NCBI GenBank assembly: GCA_963778805.1
Contig: CAVZVT010000005.1
Coordinates: 293,838-357,837 of the forward strand
Source of the DNA: an uncultured Chloroflexia bacterium
GTDB lineage: Bacteria; Chloroflexota; Limnocylindria; Limnocylindrales; CSP1-4
Direction: 5' to 3'
DNA: 64,000 nt
Below are positions 1 through 9,438 of the stretch, one piece after another (position 1 is the stretch's first letter; each line of letters opens with the position of its first letter). Under the pieces are notes generated by a model, which worked only from the letters and a program-made list of their open reading frames with translations, did not search any database and was not told the origin of the DNA. A program made the position numbers and the translations under genes.

Positions 1-1869
1 GTGATGGTCGGCATCGTGGTCGTCTTCCTCATCGGGATGGCGTTGATCACCCTGGCCTTCCTCCCGTATGTCCCGGACGTGGTCGCTGCGGTCAAGGCCG
101 GAGAACAGGCGCTCCAGGATCAGCTGGCCGCCGCCGGGACGCCGCCCGAAGCGTCTGGCTCCGTGCACGTCCTCTCGAACGCCGTGACCGACACCTTGCA
201 GGGCATCGCGGGCGGGATCGCCGAGTCGATCGGCACCATGGTCACGATCGTGGTCCTGTCGGGCTTCCTCGCCTTCTACTTCCTCCAGGACGGCGACAAG
301 GCGTGGGTGTGGGTCTTCCGTGCCGTGCACGAGCAGCAGCGGGATCGGATCACCGGGGCCGGTGACGACGCGCTGCAGCGGGTCGGTGGGTACCTTCGCG
401 GGACCTCGGTGCTGGCCGCCATCAACGCCGTGTCCGACTTCGTCTTCCTGGTCGTGCTCGGGGTGCCCCTCGCGGCGCCACTCGCCGTGCTGGTGTTCTT
501 CGGCGGGTTCATCCCCTACATCGGCGGCCTGCTGACGACGGTCGTGATCCTCCTCGTCGCCTACGCCACCAGCGGTCCCCAGGTCACGATCGTCCTCTTC
601 ATCCTGCTGTCGATCCGGAACGTGATCCTCGCGGACTTCGTTCGGCCCCTCGTGTATGGCCGGACCGTCAACATCCACCCGGCCCTCGTGCTGGTCGCCT
701 TGCCCGCTGGGGCGGCGATCGCCGGCATCGTCGGCCTCTTCGTCGCCATCCCCGTGACGGCCATGATCCTGGCGGTCGCCGGCGCGGCCGCGGCCATCCT
801 CGACACCGGTGTGCCGCCGGACGACCCGCTGGTACCGCCGTGGCTCGATCGCCTCGCCTCGTGGAGCTGGCGTCTCCTGGTCGCGATCGCGGTCGGACTC
901 CTCGGGATCGGCATCCTCGACGTCATGCCGCTCGTCGCGCTGCCATTGGCGCTCGCGACGATCCTCGCGGCGACGTTCGCGCCACCGGTCGCCGCGATGG
1001 TCGCTCGAGGGTACCCCCGCGGACGCGCCGCGCTGATCGCGACCTTTGGCAGCTTCGTGCTCGTGATCCTCGTGGTGACGCTGACCGTCCTGAACCTCGC
1101 GGGCCAGGCCTCCGCGGCGATCGCCTCCTCCGCGTCCATCGGTGCCGGGTCCATCAACGATGCCGCCGGCGGGACGGTCGGCGGGCTGGCCGAAACGGTC
1201 GGTGCGTACGGCGGGCGTCTGGTCGAGAGCGGCGCAGCACTGGCGTCCGGCATCGCGGACTTCGCCATCGTGGTCGTGCTCGGATGCCTCCTCTGCTTCT
1301 ACTTCCTCCGCGATGGCGGGCGGTTCTGGGCCAATTTCATGTCGCGCCTCCCGGCCGGCCGGAGCGACGAGGTCGACGACGCCGGGACCAAGGCGTTCGG
1401 CGTCCTCGGCGGGTACATGGTCGCGATGGGCGGCGTCTCCGCCTTCGGGGCCGCCACCCAGTTCCTGCTCATGGTCCTGTTGGGACTTCCGCTGGCGCTG
1501 CCACTCGCGGTGCTCTCGTTCATCGGCGGTTTTGTCCCGTACGTCGGCAGCCTCGTGACGACCGGTGCCGCCCTGCTCGTGACCATCGCGGTCGGGTCGC
1601 CGACGGACGTCGCGGTGATGGTCGTCTTCACGATCGTCTTCAACGTCATCCAGGGCAGCGTCGTGGCTCCGATCGTCTATAGCCGCGCCGTCGGTCTCCA
1701 CCCCGCCGTGGTGCTGATGACCATCCCCGCCGGCTACGAGATCGCCGGGATCGTCGGGATGTTCCTCGCGGTACCGGTCATCGCCGTGGTCGCCGTGACC
1801 TGGCGGCAGGTCCTGCGAGTCTTCGGGACGACCATGCCGCCGTCGTCCCAGGCTGACCATCCGACATAG
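1..1869 (+). CDS. AI-2E family transporter (PerM/UPF0118), unusual two-domain tandem-duplicated form; 5' end at window edge
   Basis: A 622-aa ORF whose two halves (~aa 1-280 and ~aa 290-622) each carry the AI-2E signature block (…F(F/I)GGF(I/V)PY(I/V)G…, multi-TM, P/G-rich C-terminal helices); the sequence opens with GTGATG so the true start may lie upstream. Confidence 0.75.
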   Translation: MMVGIVVVFLIGMALITLAFLPYVPDVVAAVKAGEQALQDQLAAAGTPPEASGSVHVLSNAVTDTLQGIAGGIAESIGTMVTIVVLSGFLAFYFLQDGDKAWVWVFRAVHEQQRDRITGAGDDALQRVGGYLRGTSVLAAINAVSDFVFLVVLGVPLAAPLAVLVFFGGFIPYIGGLLTTVVILLVAYATSGPQVTIVLFILLSIRNVILADFVRPLVYGRTVNIHPALVLVALPAGAAIAGIVGLFVAIPVTAMILAVAGAAAAILDTGVPPDDPLVPPWLDRLASWSWRLLVAIAVGLLGIGILDVMPLVALPLALATILAATFAPPVAAMVARGYPRGRAALIATFGSFVLVILVVTLTVLNLAGQASAAIASSASIGAGSINDAAGGTVGGLAETVGAYGGRLVESGAALASGIADFAIVVVLGCLLCFYFLRDGGRFWANFMSRLPAGRSDEVDDAGTKAFGVLGGYMVAMGGVSAFGAATQFLLMVLLGLPLALPLAVLSFIGGFVPYVGSLVTTGAALLVTIAVGSPTDVAVMVVFTIVFNVIQGSVVAPIVYSRAVGLHPAVVLMTIPAGYEIAGIVGMFLAVPVIAVVAVTWRQVLRVFGTTMPPSSQADHPT

Positions 1870-1964
1870 GCCCGGCGCCTGGGACCGAACTGATGGTGCG
1901 CGGACGCGCCGGAATCTCGCCCTGCGATGGTGAGGTTCGGGGCGGTTCGGACTAGATTGGTCGG

Positions 1965-2276
1965 GTGCTCCTGCGGCTCGTGACCCTCCTCGCGGCGCAG
2001 CTCTTCGACCTCGCTACGTTCGGGGTCATGGTCGGCCGCCACGGGGTCGCCGCGGAGGCCAATCCCACGGTCGGCAACCTGTTCGTCGAGCTGGGCATGC
2101 CCGCCGTCGCGCTCCTCAAGATCCTGCTGATCGTGGCCGTCGGCGCGCTCGCCGTCGCGGCCTGGGCACGCGGCGGTCGGGGAGCGTGGATGCTCGTCGG
2201 GGTGGCGCCGATCGCCATCGCGATCATCGCCGGCGTCTTCGGCGGCTACACGAACGCGGTCGCCTACCTCGGCTGA
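1965..2276 (+). CDS. small hypothetical membrane protein (3 predicted TM helices)
   Basis: A 103-aa ORF from GTG with hydrophobic helices, in the uvrA upstream intergenic region; no recognised domain. Confidence 0.35.
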   Translation: MLLRLVTLLAAQLFDLATFGVMVGRHGVAAEANPTVGNLFVELGMPAVALLKILLIVAVGALAVAAWARGGRGAWMLVGVAPIAIAIIAGVFGGYTNAVAYLG

Positions 2277-2307
2277 GGGTCTTGGCGGACCGCGCTGACG
2301 GGCGTAC

Positions 2308-2319
2308 GAACGGGTGTTC
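2308..2319. promoter_or_regulatory. putative LexA/SOS box (Cheo-type GAAC-N4-GTTC) immediately upstream of uvrA
   Basis: Sequence tacGAACgggtGTTCtat lies 13 nt before the ATG at 2332; the ORF-track start (GTG 2314) sits inside the box, so 2332 is the more likely start. Confidence 0.5.
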
Positions 2320-2331
2320 TATTCGGTCGCG

Positions 2332-5300
2332 ATGCCGTACAATCGGGACGTGCCCCAGGATCAGCTCGTCGTGCGCGGCGCGCGCGAACACAACCTCAAG
2401 AACGTCGATGTCGCGTTCCCGCGCGACCGGCTCGTGGTCATCACGGGCCTCTCGGGTTCGGGCAAGAGCAGCCTCGCCTTCGACACCATCTACGCCGAAG
2501 GCCAGCGTCGCTACGTCGAGAGCCTGAGCGCCTACGCCCGCCAGTTCCTCGGGCAGATGGAAAAGCCGGATGTCGACCAGATCGACGGACTGTCGCCGGC
2601 GATCTCCATCGACCAGAAGGGCGCCTCGCGGAACCCGCGGTCCACCGTCGGGACCGTCACCGAGATCTACGACCACCTGCGGCTGCTGTTCGCCCGGATC
2701 GGGATCCCGCACTGTCCCAACGGCCACGCGATCGAGCGGCAGAGCGTCCAGCAGATCGTGGACCAGGTCCTCGCCCTGCCGGAAGGGACCCGGCTGCTCG
2801 TGCTCGGCCCGCTCATCAAGGACCGCAAGACCGAGGGCGACCGCGTCTTCGATTCCGCGAGGCGGCAGGGCTTCGTCCGTGTCCGCGTCGACGGGGAGAT
2901 GGTCGACATCGCCGATGCGCCCAAGCTCGACAAGTACAAGCGCCATTCGATCGAGGTCGTGGTCGACCGCTACATCGTTCGCCATGCCGAGGCGCCTGAG
3001 GATTCGAAGCGGGCACCGGACGGCCGACCGATCGACCCCGAGACCGGCGAACCGATCCCGGATCCCGATGCCGGCCGGCTCGCGGACTCCGTGGAGACCG
3101 CCCTCCGACTCGGCGAGGGCGTGGTCCTCATCGCCCCCGCGCCGCGCGATGACGAGGCGCCGGCGTTCGAGGAGCAGCAATACAGCGAAAAGTACAGCTG
3201 CCCGTACGACGGGTTCACCGTCGAGGAACTCGAGCCGCGGACGTTCTCCTTCAACTCGCCGCACGGGGCATGCCCGTCGTGCGCCGGTCTCGGGACCCGG
3301 CTGGAGATCGACGAGGATCTCGTGGTCCCGGATCGATCGAAGAGCCTCCAGACCGGGGCGCTGGTGCCGTGGTCACGCCTCGCCACGGACGCATCGTGGC
3401 GGCTGAAGATCATCGAGGCGATCTGTAACGCCCACGGCTGGGATTTCAAGGCGCCGTTCCGCGACCTCCCCGAGGAGGCCGTCGAGTACATGCTCCGGGC
3501 CGCCAAGAGCGAGAAGGTGGTCGTCCGCTATCGCCACGAGCGAGGCGAGAACACGTACAACGCGACGTTCGAGGGCATCATCACCAACCTCGAGCGGCGG
3601 TACAAGGAAACGGACTCCGAGTTCATCAAGAACGAGCTCGAGCGGTACATGGTCAGCCGCCCATGCCCCACCTGCGGTGGCAAGCGGCTCCGCCCGGAGA
3701 TCCTGGCCGTCACGATCGGCGACCAGAACGTCTGGGACGTGTCGACCCTCTCGATCAAGGAGGCGCTTCGCTGGGCGAGCGGGCTCGGCGAGACGCTCAC
3801 CGAGCGGGAACGGACGATCGCGGTCCAGCTCCTCAAGGAGATCGTGGCGCGGCTCGGGTTCCTGGTGGATGTCGGGCTCGACTATCTGACGATGGATCGG
3901 ACGAGCGTGACGTTGTCCGGCGGGGAGGCCCAGCGGATCCGTCTCGCGACGCAGATCGGGACGACGCTGATGGGCGTCCTGTACATCCTCGACGAGCCCT
4001 CGATCGGTCTGCACCAGCGCGACAACGCGAAGCTCATCGCGACGCTCACGCGCCTGCGGGACCTGGGGAACACGGTCCTCGTCGTCGAGCACGATGAGGA
4101 GACCATCCGGACGGCGGACTGGGTCGTCGATATCGGGCCGGGGGCCGGCGAGCACGGTGGCGAGATCATCGCGAACGGGCCACTCGACGCGGTCCTCGCC
4201 GAGCCGCGTTCGATCACCGGGGCATTCCTGCGAGGGGAGCGGGCCGTGCCGATCCCGGCCAGGCGCCGGCATGGCAACGGCAAGGCACTCGTCGTCCGGG
4301 GGGCCCGCGAGCACAACCTCCAGAACGTGGACCTGCGGGTGCCGCTCGGGACGTTCGTCGCGGTGACGGGCGTGTCGGGGAGCGGCAAGAGCACGCTCGT
4401 GACCGAGGTGCTCTATCGAGCGCTGGCGCGAGAGCTCAACGGATCGCGTGAACCCGTGGGCGCGCACGATTCGCTCGACGGGGCGCAGCACATCGACAAG
4501 ATCATCGAGATCGACCAGAGCCCGATCGGCCGAACGCCGCGCTCCAACCCGGCGACCTACGTGGGGCTGTTCACCCCGATCCGCGAGTTGTTCGCGGGTG
4601 TCCCGGAGTCGCGCGTCCGTGGCTACACGCCGGGTCGGTTCAGCTTCAACGTCAAGGGCGGCCGCTGCGAGCACTGCAAGGGCGACGGGATCCTCAAGAT
4701 CGAGATGCAGTTCCTGCCGGACGTCTACGTCCCGTGCGAGGTCTGCAAGGGCAAGCGCTACAACCGCGAGGCGCTCGAGATCCACTACAAGGGCAAGTCG
4801 ATCGCGGACGTGCTCGAGCTGACCATCGCCGAGGCCCTCGAGTTCTTCGCGGCGGTGCCCAACGTGCGCGCCAAGCTCCAGACGCTCAACGACGTGGGGC
4901 TGGGGTACGTCCACCTCGGCCAGCCGGCGACGACCTTGTCCGGCGGCGAGGCCCAGCGGGTCAAGCTCTCGACCGAGCTGTCGCGGCGCGCGACGGGACG
5001 GACGCTGTACGTGCTCGACGAGCCCACGACCGGGCTCCACTTCGCCGACGTCGAGAAGCTGCTCGAAGTGCTCCACCGGCTCGTCGATGGCGGGAATACC
5101 GTCCTGGTCATCGAGCACAACCTCGATGTCATCAAGACGGCCGACTGGATCGTGGACCTCGGACCGGAAGGTGGCGACCGCGGTGGCCGGATCATCGCGG
5201 AGGGCACGCCGGAGACGGTGGCGGCCACCAAGGGGTCGGCCACGGCGGACTATCTCGACCGCGTCTTGCGCGGCGAGCCGCTCGTGCCGTTGTCCGACGT

Positions 5301-5412
5301 GACGTTCGCCGACGAGGCGGGCCGCGGCGTGCACACGAACGGCCACCAAAAGCCGGTCGCCCGGATCACGCCATCTCGCAAACGAGCCGCCGCCACGACC
5401 AAGGCCGGCTGA
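2332..5412 (+). CDS. uvrA: excinuclease ABC subunit A
   Basis: Two ABC ATPase modules with Walker [11 protein letters not shown] / [10 protein letters not shown], signature LSGGEAQR twice, and zinc-finger cysteines (CPYDG…[12 protein letters not shown]…CEVCKG); ~1030 aa. Confidence 0.95.
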   Translation: MPYNRDVPQDQLVVRGAREHNLKNVDVAFPRDRLVVITGLSGSGKSSLAFDTIYAEGQRRYVESLSAYARQFLGQMEKPDVDQIDGLSPAISIDQKGASRNPRSTVGTVTEIYDHLRLLFARIGIPHCPNGHAIERQSVQQIVDQVLALPEGTRLLVLGPLIKDRKTEGDRVFDSARRQGFVRVRVDGEMVDIADAPKLDKYKRHSIEVVVDRYIVRHAEAPEDSKRAPDGRPIDPETGEPIPDPDAGRLADSVETALRLGEGVVLIAPAPRDDEAPAFEEQQYSEKYSCPYDGFTVEELEPRTFSFNSPHGACPSCAGLGTRLEIDEDLVVPDRSKSLQTGALVPWSRLATDASWRLKIIEAICNAHGWDFKAPFRDLPEEAVEYMLRAAKSEKVVVRYRHERGENTYNATFEGIITNLERRYKETDSEFIKNELERYMVSRPCPTCGGKRLRPEILAVTIGDQNVWDVSTLSIKEALRWASGLGETLTERERTIAVQLLKEIVARLGFLVDVGLDYLTMDRTSVTLSGGEAQRIRLATQIGTTLMGVLYILDEPSIGLHQRDNAKLIATLTRLRDLGNTVLVVEHDEETIRTADWVVDIGPGAGEHGGEIIANGPLDAVLAEPRSITGAFLRGERAVPIPARRRHGNGKALVVRGAREHNLQNVDLRVPLGTFVAVTGVSGSGKSTLVTEVLYRALARELNGSREPVGAHDSLDGAQHIDKIIEIDQSPIGRTPRSNPATYVGLFTPIRELFAGVPESRVRGYTPGRFSFNVKGGRCEHCKGDGILKIEMQFLPDVYVPCEVCKGKRYNREALEIHYKGKSIADVLELTIAEALEFFAAVPNVRAKLQTLNDVGLGYVHLGQPATTLSGGEAQRVKLSTELSRRATGRTLYVLDEPTTGLHFADVEKLLEVLHRLVDGGNTVLVIEHNLDVIKTADWIVDLGPEGGDRGGRIIAEGTPETVAATKGSATADYLDRVLRGEPLVPLSDVTFADEAGRGVHTNGHQKPVARITPSRKRAAATTKAG

Positions 5413-5479
5413 CGGGGGGTCGGGCCCGGGCCGGCCCGCGGCCGCGGCCGAGCCCGGGTCCTCGGCCCGGCCCGCCGCA

Positions 5480-5822
5480 CCGCCCGTTCGAGTCTCTGGC
5501 GCCCAACCGCCCGTTCGAGTCACCCCACGACCGAACCGACCGCCGATCGCTGACCCGCCGTCGGCCCCGGCCGAGCCCGCCCGAGCCCGCCCCGACCGCC
5601 CGTTCGGTCACCCCACGACTCGAACCGACGCGAGCCGGAACGTCCTCGATCGGCACCCCGGTCCGGCCTGGACCGCCGCCAGCCCGCCCAGCCGCCCGTT
5701 CGGTCACCCCACGACCGAACCGACCAGTCCCGGACGGCCCCGATCTGCCCGCACTCGCCCCGGCCGGACACGCCGCCAAGCCCCGCCGCCCGTTCGGTCA
5801 GCCTCGGCACGACCGAACCGAC
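5480..5822. repeat. array of 4.5 copies of a ~34-bp palindromic repeat (CCGCCCGTTCGGTCACCCCACGACCGAACCGAC; stem GTTCGGTC / GACCGAAC), period 89-96 bp
   Basis: Copies at 5480-5494 (partial), 5507-5540, 5596-5629, 5692-5724 and 5786-5822; copies are imperfect and the 55-62-bp inter-repeat segments are GC-rich and partly similar to each other. Confidence 0.7.
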
Positions 5823-5834
5823 GCGAACCGAGCC

Positions 5835-6618
5835 TCATGACTGGCGGCACCTCACAGCACGACGATGCCGGATCCACCCGGGTGGCGCCCTGCGCCAAGG
5901 TCGCGCAGGCATCACGCGAGCTTGGATCGGAAAGACATCGCTCGAGCAACGACGCGGCGGATCGGAGGGCGTCTGCGATTTCGACGTGTGTCTGAGACAA
6001 GCAGCAGGACGTGCTCCGCTCCCTCCGTCGCGGGCCTTGAGCGTGATCCGTCGGACTTGCGCCTGAAGGTCGATGAGTCTCGTCTCGGCCTCCACCGGAA
6101 GCCCGTCCATGATCGGCCTCGCTATCGCACCAGCCCGCCGATGCAGGCGTCCCATGCTCGTTGATCGCCGGGGATCCCGTAGTGGGACCTCCATCCGGAA
6201 GGTCAGCTCCGGCATGCGAGCCGCTGCCGGAGTCGATCCAGCAGGGCGATCTGCGCGGCGTCCCGGATCGGGTCCGGACCGGGATATGCTCGGACCCGAA
6301 CATCGAGGCCGACCGCTGAACCGAGCCTCGCGAGCTGGTCGACGCTCGCCGTCGCGAAGGCGGCCCGCTCGATCCGACCTGCCTGCGATCGGCGACAGCC
6401 CGGCCGTCGCCGCCAACGTGGACCTGGGAGCGACCAAGGATCATTCGAGCACCGCGGATCTCGTCCGCCGACTCGTAGCAGATCCGCCCGCGCGAGTCGC
6501 CGACCACGGTCGATCGGTCGCTCTCGGGTCGCCCATCCGTGCAGTGTCGCTCGACCTCACGTATCTGCGGCCAAACCGCGGCTTCGCGCCCAGCGGGACC
6601 CGAGGCCAGGTCGAGCAA
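5835..6618 (-). pseudogene. decayed or frameshifted ORF of unknown function on the minus strand
   Basis: Protein-like reading (high GC3) switches between three minus-strand frames (6618→~6400, ~6400→6230, 6437→5835); no recognisable domain; local GC is lower than surrounding genes. Confidence 0.3.
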
Positions 6619-6704
6619 GTGCGGCCAGGTCGGGTAAGGCGGCTCGGCGACATCGATCCCGACCGTACCCGCGGGCGGCCTCGGCCAGGGGCTAGCATAG
6701 GAAT

Positions 6705-7523
6705 GTGCCGGATATCGACTTCGCCTTTCTCGCGGACGCCGCCGAGACGATCCCGGGGCAGAAGTTCCATGTGCTTGGCGGCGGGATCGCGCGGATCGGC
6801 GGGAAGCGGTTCCCGCTGCGACATCCGCATCTCGCGCTGGTGATCGGCCTCCAGGTCACGGCCCCCGAGACCGAGCGGGAACACGAGGTCCGCTTCGTCC
6901 TGCTCGACCCTGATGGCGCCGAAGTGGCCGGTGCCACGGGGAGCCTCGTCGCGCGGAGCCAGCGCGATGGTCGCGACGCGACGCTGACCTTCTCGATCGA
7001 CCTGTGGAACCTGACCTTCCCGTCGCCAGGCGACTACTCGTTCCGGATCCTCGTCAACGGGTCGGAGCGCAAGCGACTCCCGCTCCTGCTGCTCGCCCCG
7101 CCTGACGATGCGACGGCGCAGGGGGGCAAGTCGGTCACGCGCCCAGCCGATGACTGAGATCACGGGACGATCGACGTCGGCGCGTCGGGGTCGTCGACAT
7201 CGGCATCTCCGGCCGGGCGCACGACCGCGCGTCACGAGCGACCCGTCATCGATGCGCTCGGGCTCGAGGCAGCTCGGCACGGCGACCGACTGCTCGCGGA
7301 AGCGCACGCGATCGGTGCCACCCGGTGGGCGACCTACCTCGAACCGCTGCCGGATCGCCTTCGCGACGACGAGCCCGCCGCTCTTCGCCGAACGGCGATG
7401 CGGGCACGATCCGCCTACGGCCCGAAGGACTCCGTCCGGGATGCGCTGCCGGAGTCGCTCACGGAACCGTTCCTGGACTCGATCGACCGACTGCTGCGGG
7501 AGCTCAATCGAACCAGGGCATGA
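6705..7523 (+). CDS. hypothetical protein; a 150-aa ORF (6705-7157) ends at TGA 7155-7157 and the same frame continues coding-like to 7523
   Basis: A TAGCAT -10-like hexamer lies 15 nt upstream; GC3 stays high in frame after the TGA (…VIDALGLEAARHGDRLLAEAHAIGATRWATYLEPLPDRL…) with no alternative start codon downstream. Confidence 0.4.
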
Positions 7524-7663
7524 GGGCCGGTCGCTAGGCCTTGAAGGCCAGTCGCGGGCCAGAGCGACCCCGAAGGCCGGTCGCTGGCCACAGGGCGACC
7601 CCGAAGGCCGGTCGCTGGCCACAGGGCGACCCCAGAAAGCCACTCGCTGGCCAGCCCGAATCC
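7524..7663. repeat. 31-bp tandem repeat block (4 units, 2 perfect: CCGAAGGCCGGTCGCTGGCCACAGGGCGACC) between convergent gene ends; each unit holds a short inverted repeat
   Basis: Perfect units at 7570-7600 and 7601-7631, degenerate units at 7539-7569 and 7632-7663, and a partial unit at 7524-7538. Confidence 0.7.
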
Positions 7664-7664
7664 T

Positions 7665-9173
7665 CTAGGACGTCGGCGGGGTGGGGCTCGGTGGCGTGAA
7701 CGTCGATGCCTGGGCCATCAGATCGGCGACCTGGGTGCTCGCGGCGTAGGCCGCCTCACCGGCGGTGCCACTGGTCTGGATGGTCATCGTCCCGCCGGCG
7801 CCGTAGTCGATGATGTACGAGTAGAGCGTCGTCCCGACGGGCGTGCCGCTGTCGGCCGTGGTCGATGTCGCCTCGACGAGCGTCGCCTGCAGGCCTGACA
7901 CGGTCGCCTCGGCCGACTGGATCACGTTCCAGTTCGCGGGGTCCGTCGCCGCTGCGACGGCGTCGTCATACGAGGCCACATCCGGCTTCACGGTGATCGC
8001 CGCGTCCGGTGCGCTGCCGTCGGACGGCACGCTGATGGGGTTCGGATCGAAGTACTGGCAGGCGGCGGCGGGCGGCTCGGAGAGCGTGTGCCAGGCCGCC
8101 GGGTAGGCGATGGACGCCAACGGCACGCCACTCGGGCTCTCGATCGCGCAGCTGGACTGCGGCGGAACCGAAGGAAGCGGCGGCAGGGTCGGGGCGGGTG
8201 TCGGCTTGGGCGTGGGTGACGGTGTCGGCTTGGATGTGGGTGCCGGCGTGTCCGAGGGCTTCGGCGTCTCCGACGGCTTCGCGGATTCCCCGGCCGAGGG
8301 CTTCGGCGTCGCGGTCGGCTTGGGCGTGGGTGACGGGGTCGGCTTGGGCGTCGGCGTGGCGCTCGGGATCGGCGGCACGGAAGCCTCGGCCTCCGCCTCG
8401 TCTGCGGCTCGCGGCTTCGTCATCGCCACGATCACCTCGGAGTTCCGGTCACGCAGGACCACGGCGAGCCCACGGCGCTCGATGAAGGCCGCTCCCTGGA
8501 GCGCATCGAGGAACTCGGACTCCTGGGTCATCACATCGTCGGCGCACGTCTGTCGCGTGGTCGCGAGCCGGCTGATCTTCACGATCGTGCCGTTGGTCCC
8601 GTAGACACCGTCGTAGGTGTTGCAGCCGCTCGAGCCGCCGACGTTGGTGATGCCGAAGACGGCGGTCAGCTCGGTGCCGCTGATGGGGATGGTCTGTGAT
8701 CCGGGCGAGGTCGCGAAGGAGTCGACGTTCCATGCACCCAGGAGGGGGTTCGCGGGGGCCGCGTCGAAGACCAGGAGCACCTGTCCGCCGGCTCCGAAGA
8801 TCGTGAGCGTATCGGCTCGGACCCCGAAGAACCGGCTGTCGTGCAGGACGGAGAGGTAGGTCGATTCGAAGGTCATCTCGGCGTCGGCGCAGGCCTTCTG
8901 CGTGGCATGGACCTGGGAGATCAGCAGCGTCCGGCCGCTCGCCCGGGCGATCGCGCCGTAGTCGTTGCAGCCGGCGAACCCGTCGACGCGGTTGCCCGTG
9001 AACTTGGCGTCCGCGTACAGCGCCTCGGGGACGATCTCAAGCGTCCCGCCATTGGCGTACGAACGGAGTACCCAGTTCGTGCCCTCGATCTCGCCGCCGG
9101 ATCCGCCACCGGGCGAACAGGCGACGACGCCGAGGACGAGGCCGATCAGGACCGCGAGTCGCCGGATACGCAT
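7665..9173 (-). CDS. secreted lipoprotein with two tandem META (HslJ-like/DUF306) domains, a Pro/Thr-rich linker and a C-terminal domain
   Basis: Lipobox LVLGVVAC; the motif GCNxY/GxY…T(M/Q)xAC appears twice; the linker [19 protein letters not shown] is encoded by repetitive DNA at 8190-8400. Confidence 0.7.
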   Translation of the reverse strand: MRIRRLAVLIGLVLGVVACSPGGGSGGEIEGTNWVLRSYANGGTLEIVPEALYADAKFTGNRVDGFAGCNDYGAIARASGRTLLISQVHATQKACADAEMTFESTYLSVLHDSRFFGVRADTLTIFGAGGQVLLVFDAAPANPLLGAWNVDSFATSPGSQTIPISGTELTAVFGITNVGGSSGCNTYDGVYGTNGTIVKISRLATTRQTCADDVMTQESEFLDALQGAAFIERRGLAVVLRDRNSEVIVAMTKPRAADEAEAEASVPPIPSATPTPKPTPSPTPKPTATPKPSAGESAKPSETPKPSDTPAPTSKPTPSPTPKPTPAPTLPPLPSVPPQSSCAIESPSGVPLASIAYPAAWHTLSEPPAAACQYFDPNPISVPSDGSAPDAAITVKPDVASYDDAVAAATDPANWNVIQSAEATVSGLQATLVEATSTTADSGTPVGTTLYSYIIDYGAGGTMTIQTSGTAGEAAYAASTQVADLMAQASTFTPPSPTPPTS

Positions 9174-9174
9174 G

Positions 9175-9438
9175 TCAGGCGGACTTGCTGCCGACGTACA
9201 GGGCGAACAATCGAAGGGCGTAACCGAAGCCGGCGACCACGAACGAGAGGAAGATCGGCACGCCGATCGCGCTCGCGGAGATGGCCAACGCTTCGAACAG
9301 GTTGAACGCCGGGCGCTGGGCCAGATCGATCCACCAGATGACGCCCGCGATCAGCGAGTAGATCACGAAGATCCATCCGACGATCACGAAGAACGTCCCG
9401 ATGGACGCCAGTCGGCGAACATCGTTCGTGAGATCCAT
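9175..9438 (-). CDS. small membrane protein (88 aa, 2-3 TM helices)
   Basis: ATG preceded by an AGGAGG RBS (9446-9451, minus strand); the stop lies 1 nt before the lipoprotein start, suggesting an operon. Confidence 0.45.
   Translation of the reverse strand: MDLTNDVRRLASIGTFFVIVGWIFVIYSLIAGVIWWIDLAQRPAFNLFEALAISASAIGVPIFLSFVVAGFGYALRLFALYVGSKSA

Noticed and set aside
2314-5412. Inteins in the large proteins (UvrA 1032 aa, PriA 815 aa, IleS ~1115 aa, RecG ~740 aa)
   Set aside because: Their lengths fall within the normal ranges for high-GC Gram-positives. No Hint-domain blocks (A/B/F/G motifs, terminal HN…C/S/T) were seen.
3373-5523. Long antisense or alternative-frame ORFs in the six-frame track, opposite uvrA, recJ, priA and other genes
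   Set aside because: Examples are 3373-5523(-), 15122-17440(-), 47325-50504(-), 22825-24027(-), 11264-12781(-), 12866-14542(-) and 16813-18768(+, N-terminal part). They are typical GC-rich open frames with Arg/Pro/Gly/Ala-heavy low-complexity translations. Each overlaps a well-supported conserved gene on the other strand or frame. None has a recognisable domain.
5480-5822. Possible CRISPR array (about 34-bp repeats with 55-62-bp spacers)
   Set aside because: The repeats are imperfect, with indels and substitutions in every copy. The spacer segments share sequence with one another (…GCCGCCAGCCCGCC… tails). They are as GC-rich and low-complexity as the repeats. No cas genes or leader-like AT-rich region occur anywhere in the window. 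It is better described as a degenerate ~93-bp tandem repeat containing a palindrome.
7155-7157. Selenocysteine (UGA) recoding in the 6705-7523 ORF
   Set aside because: No convincing SECIS-like stem-loop occurs within 10-40 nt downstream (only a weak 5-bp stem). No selA, selB or selD genes are in the window. The protein has no redox-motif context (no CxxU). A sequencing error or nonsense mutation is more parsimonious.
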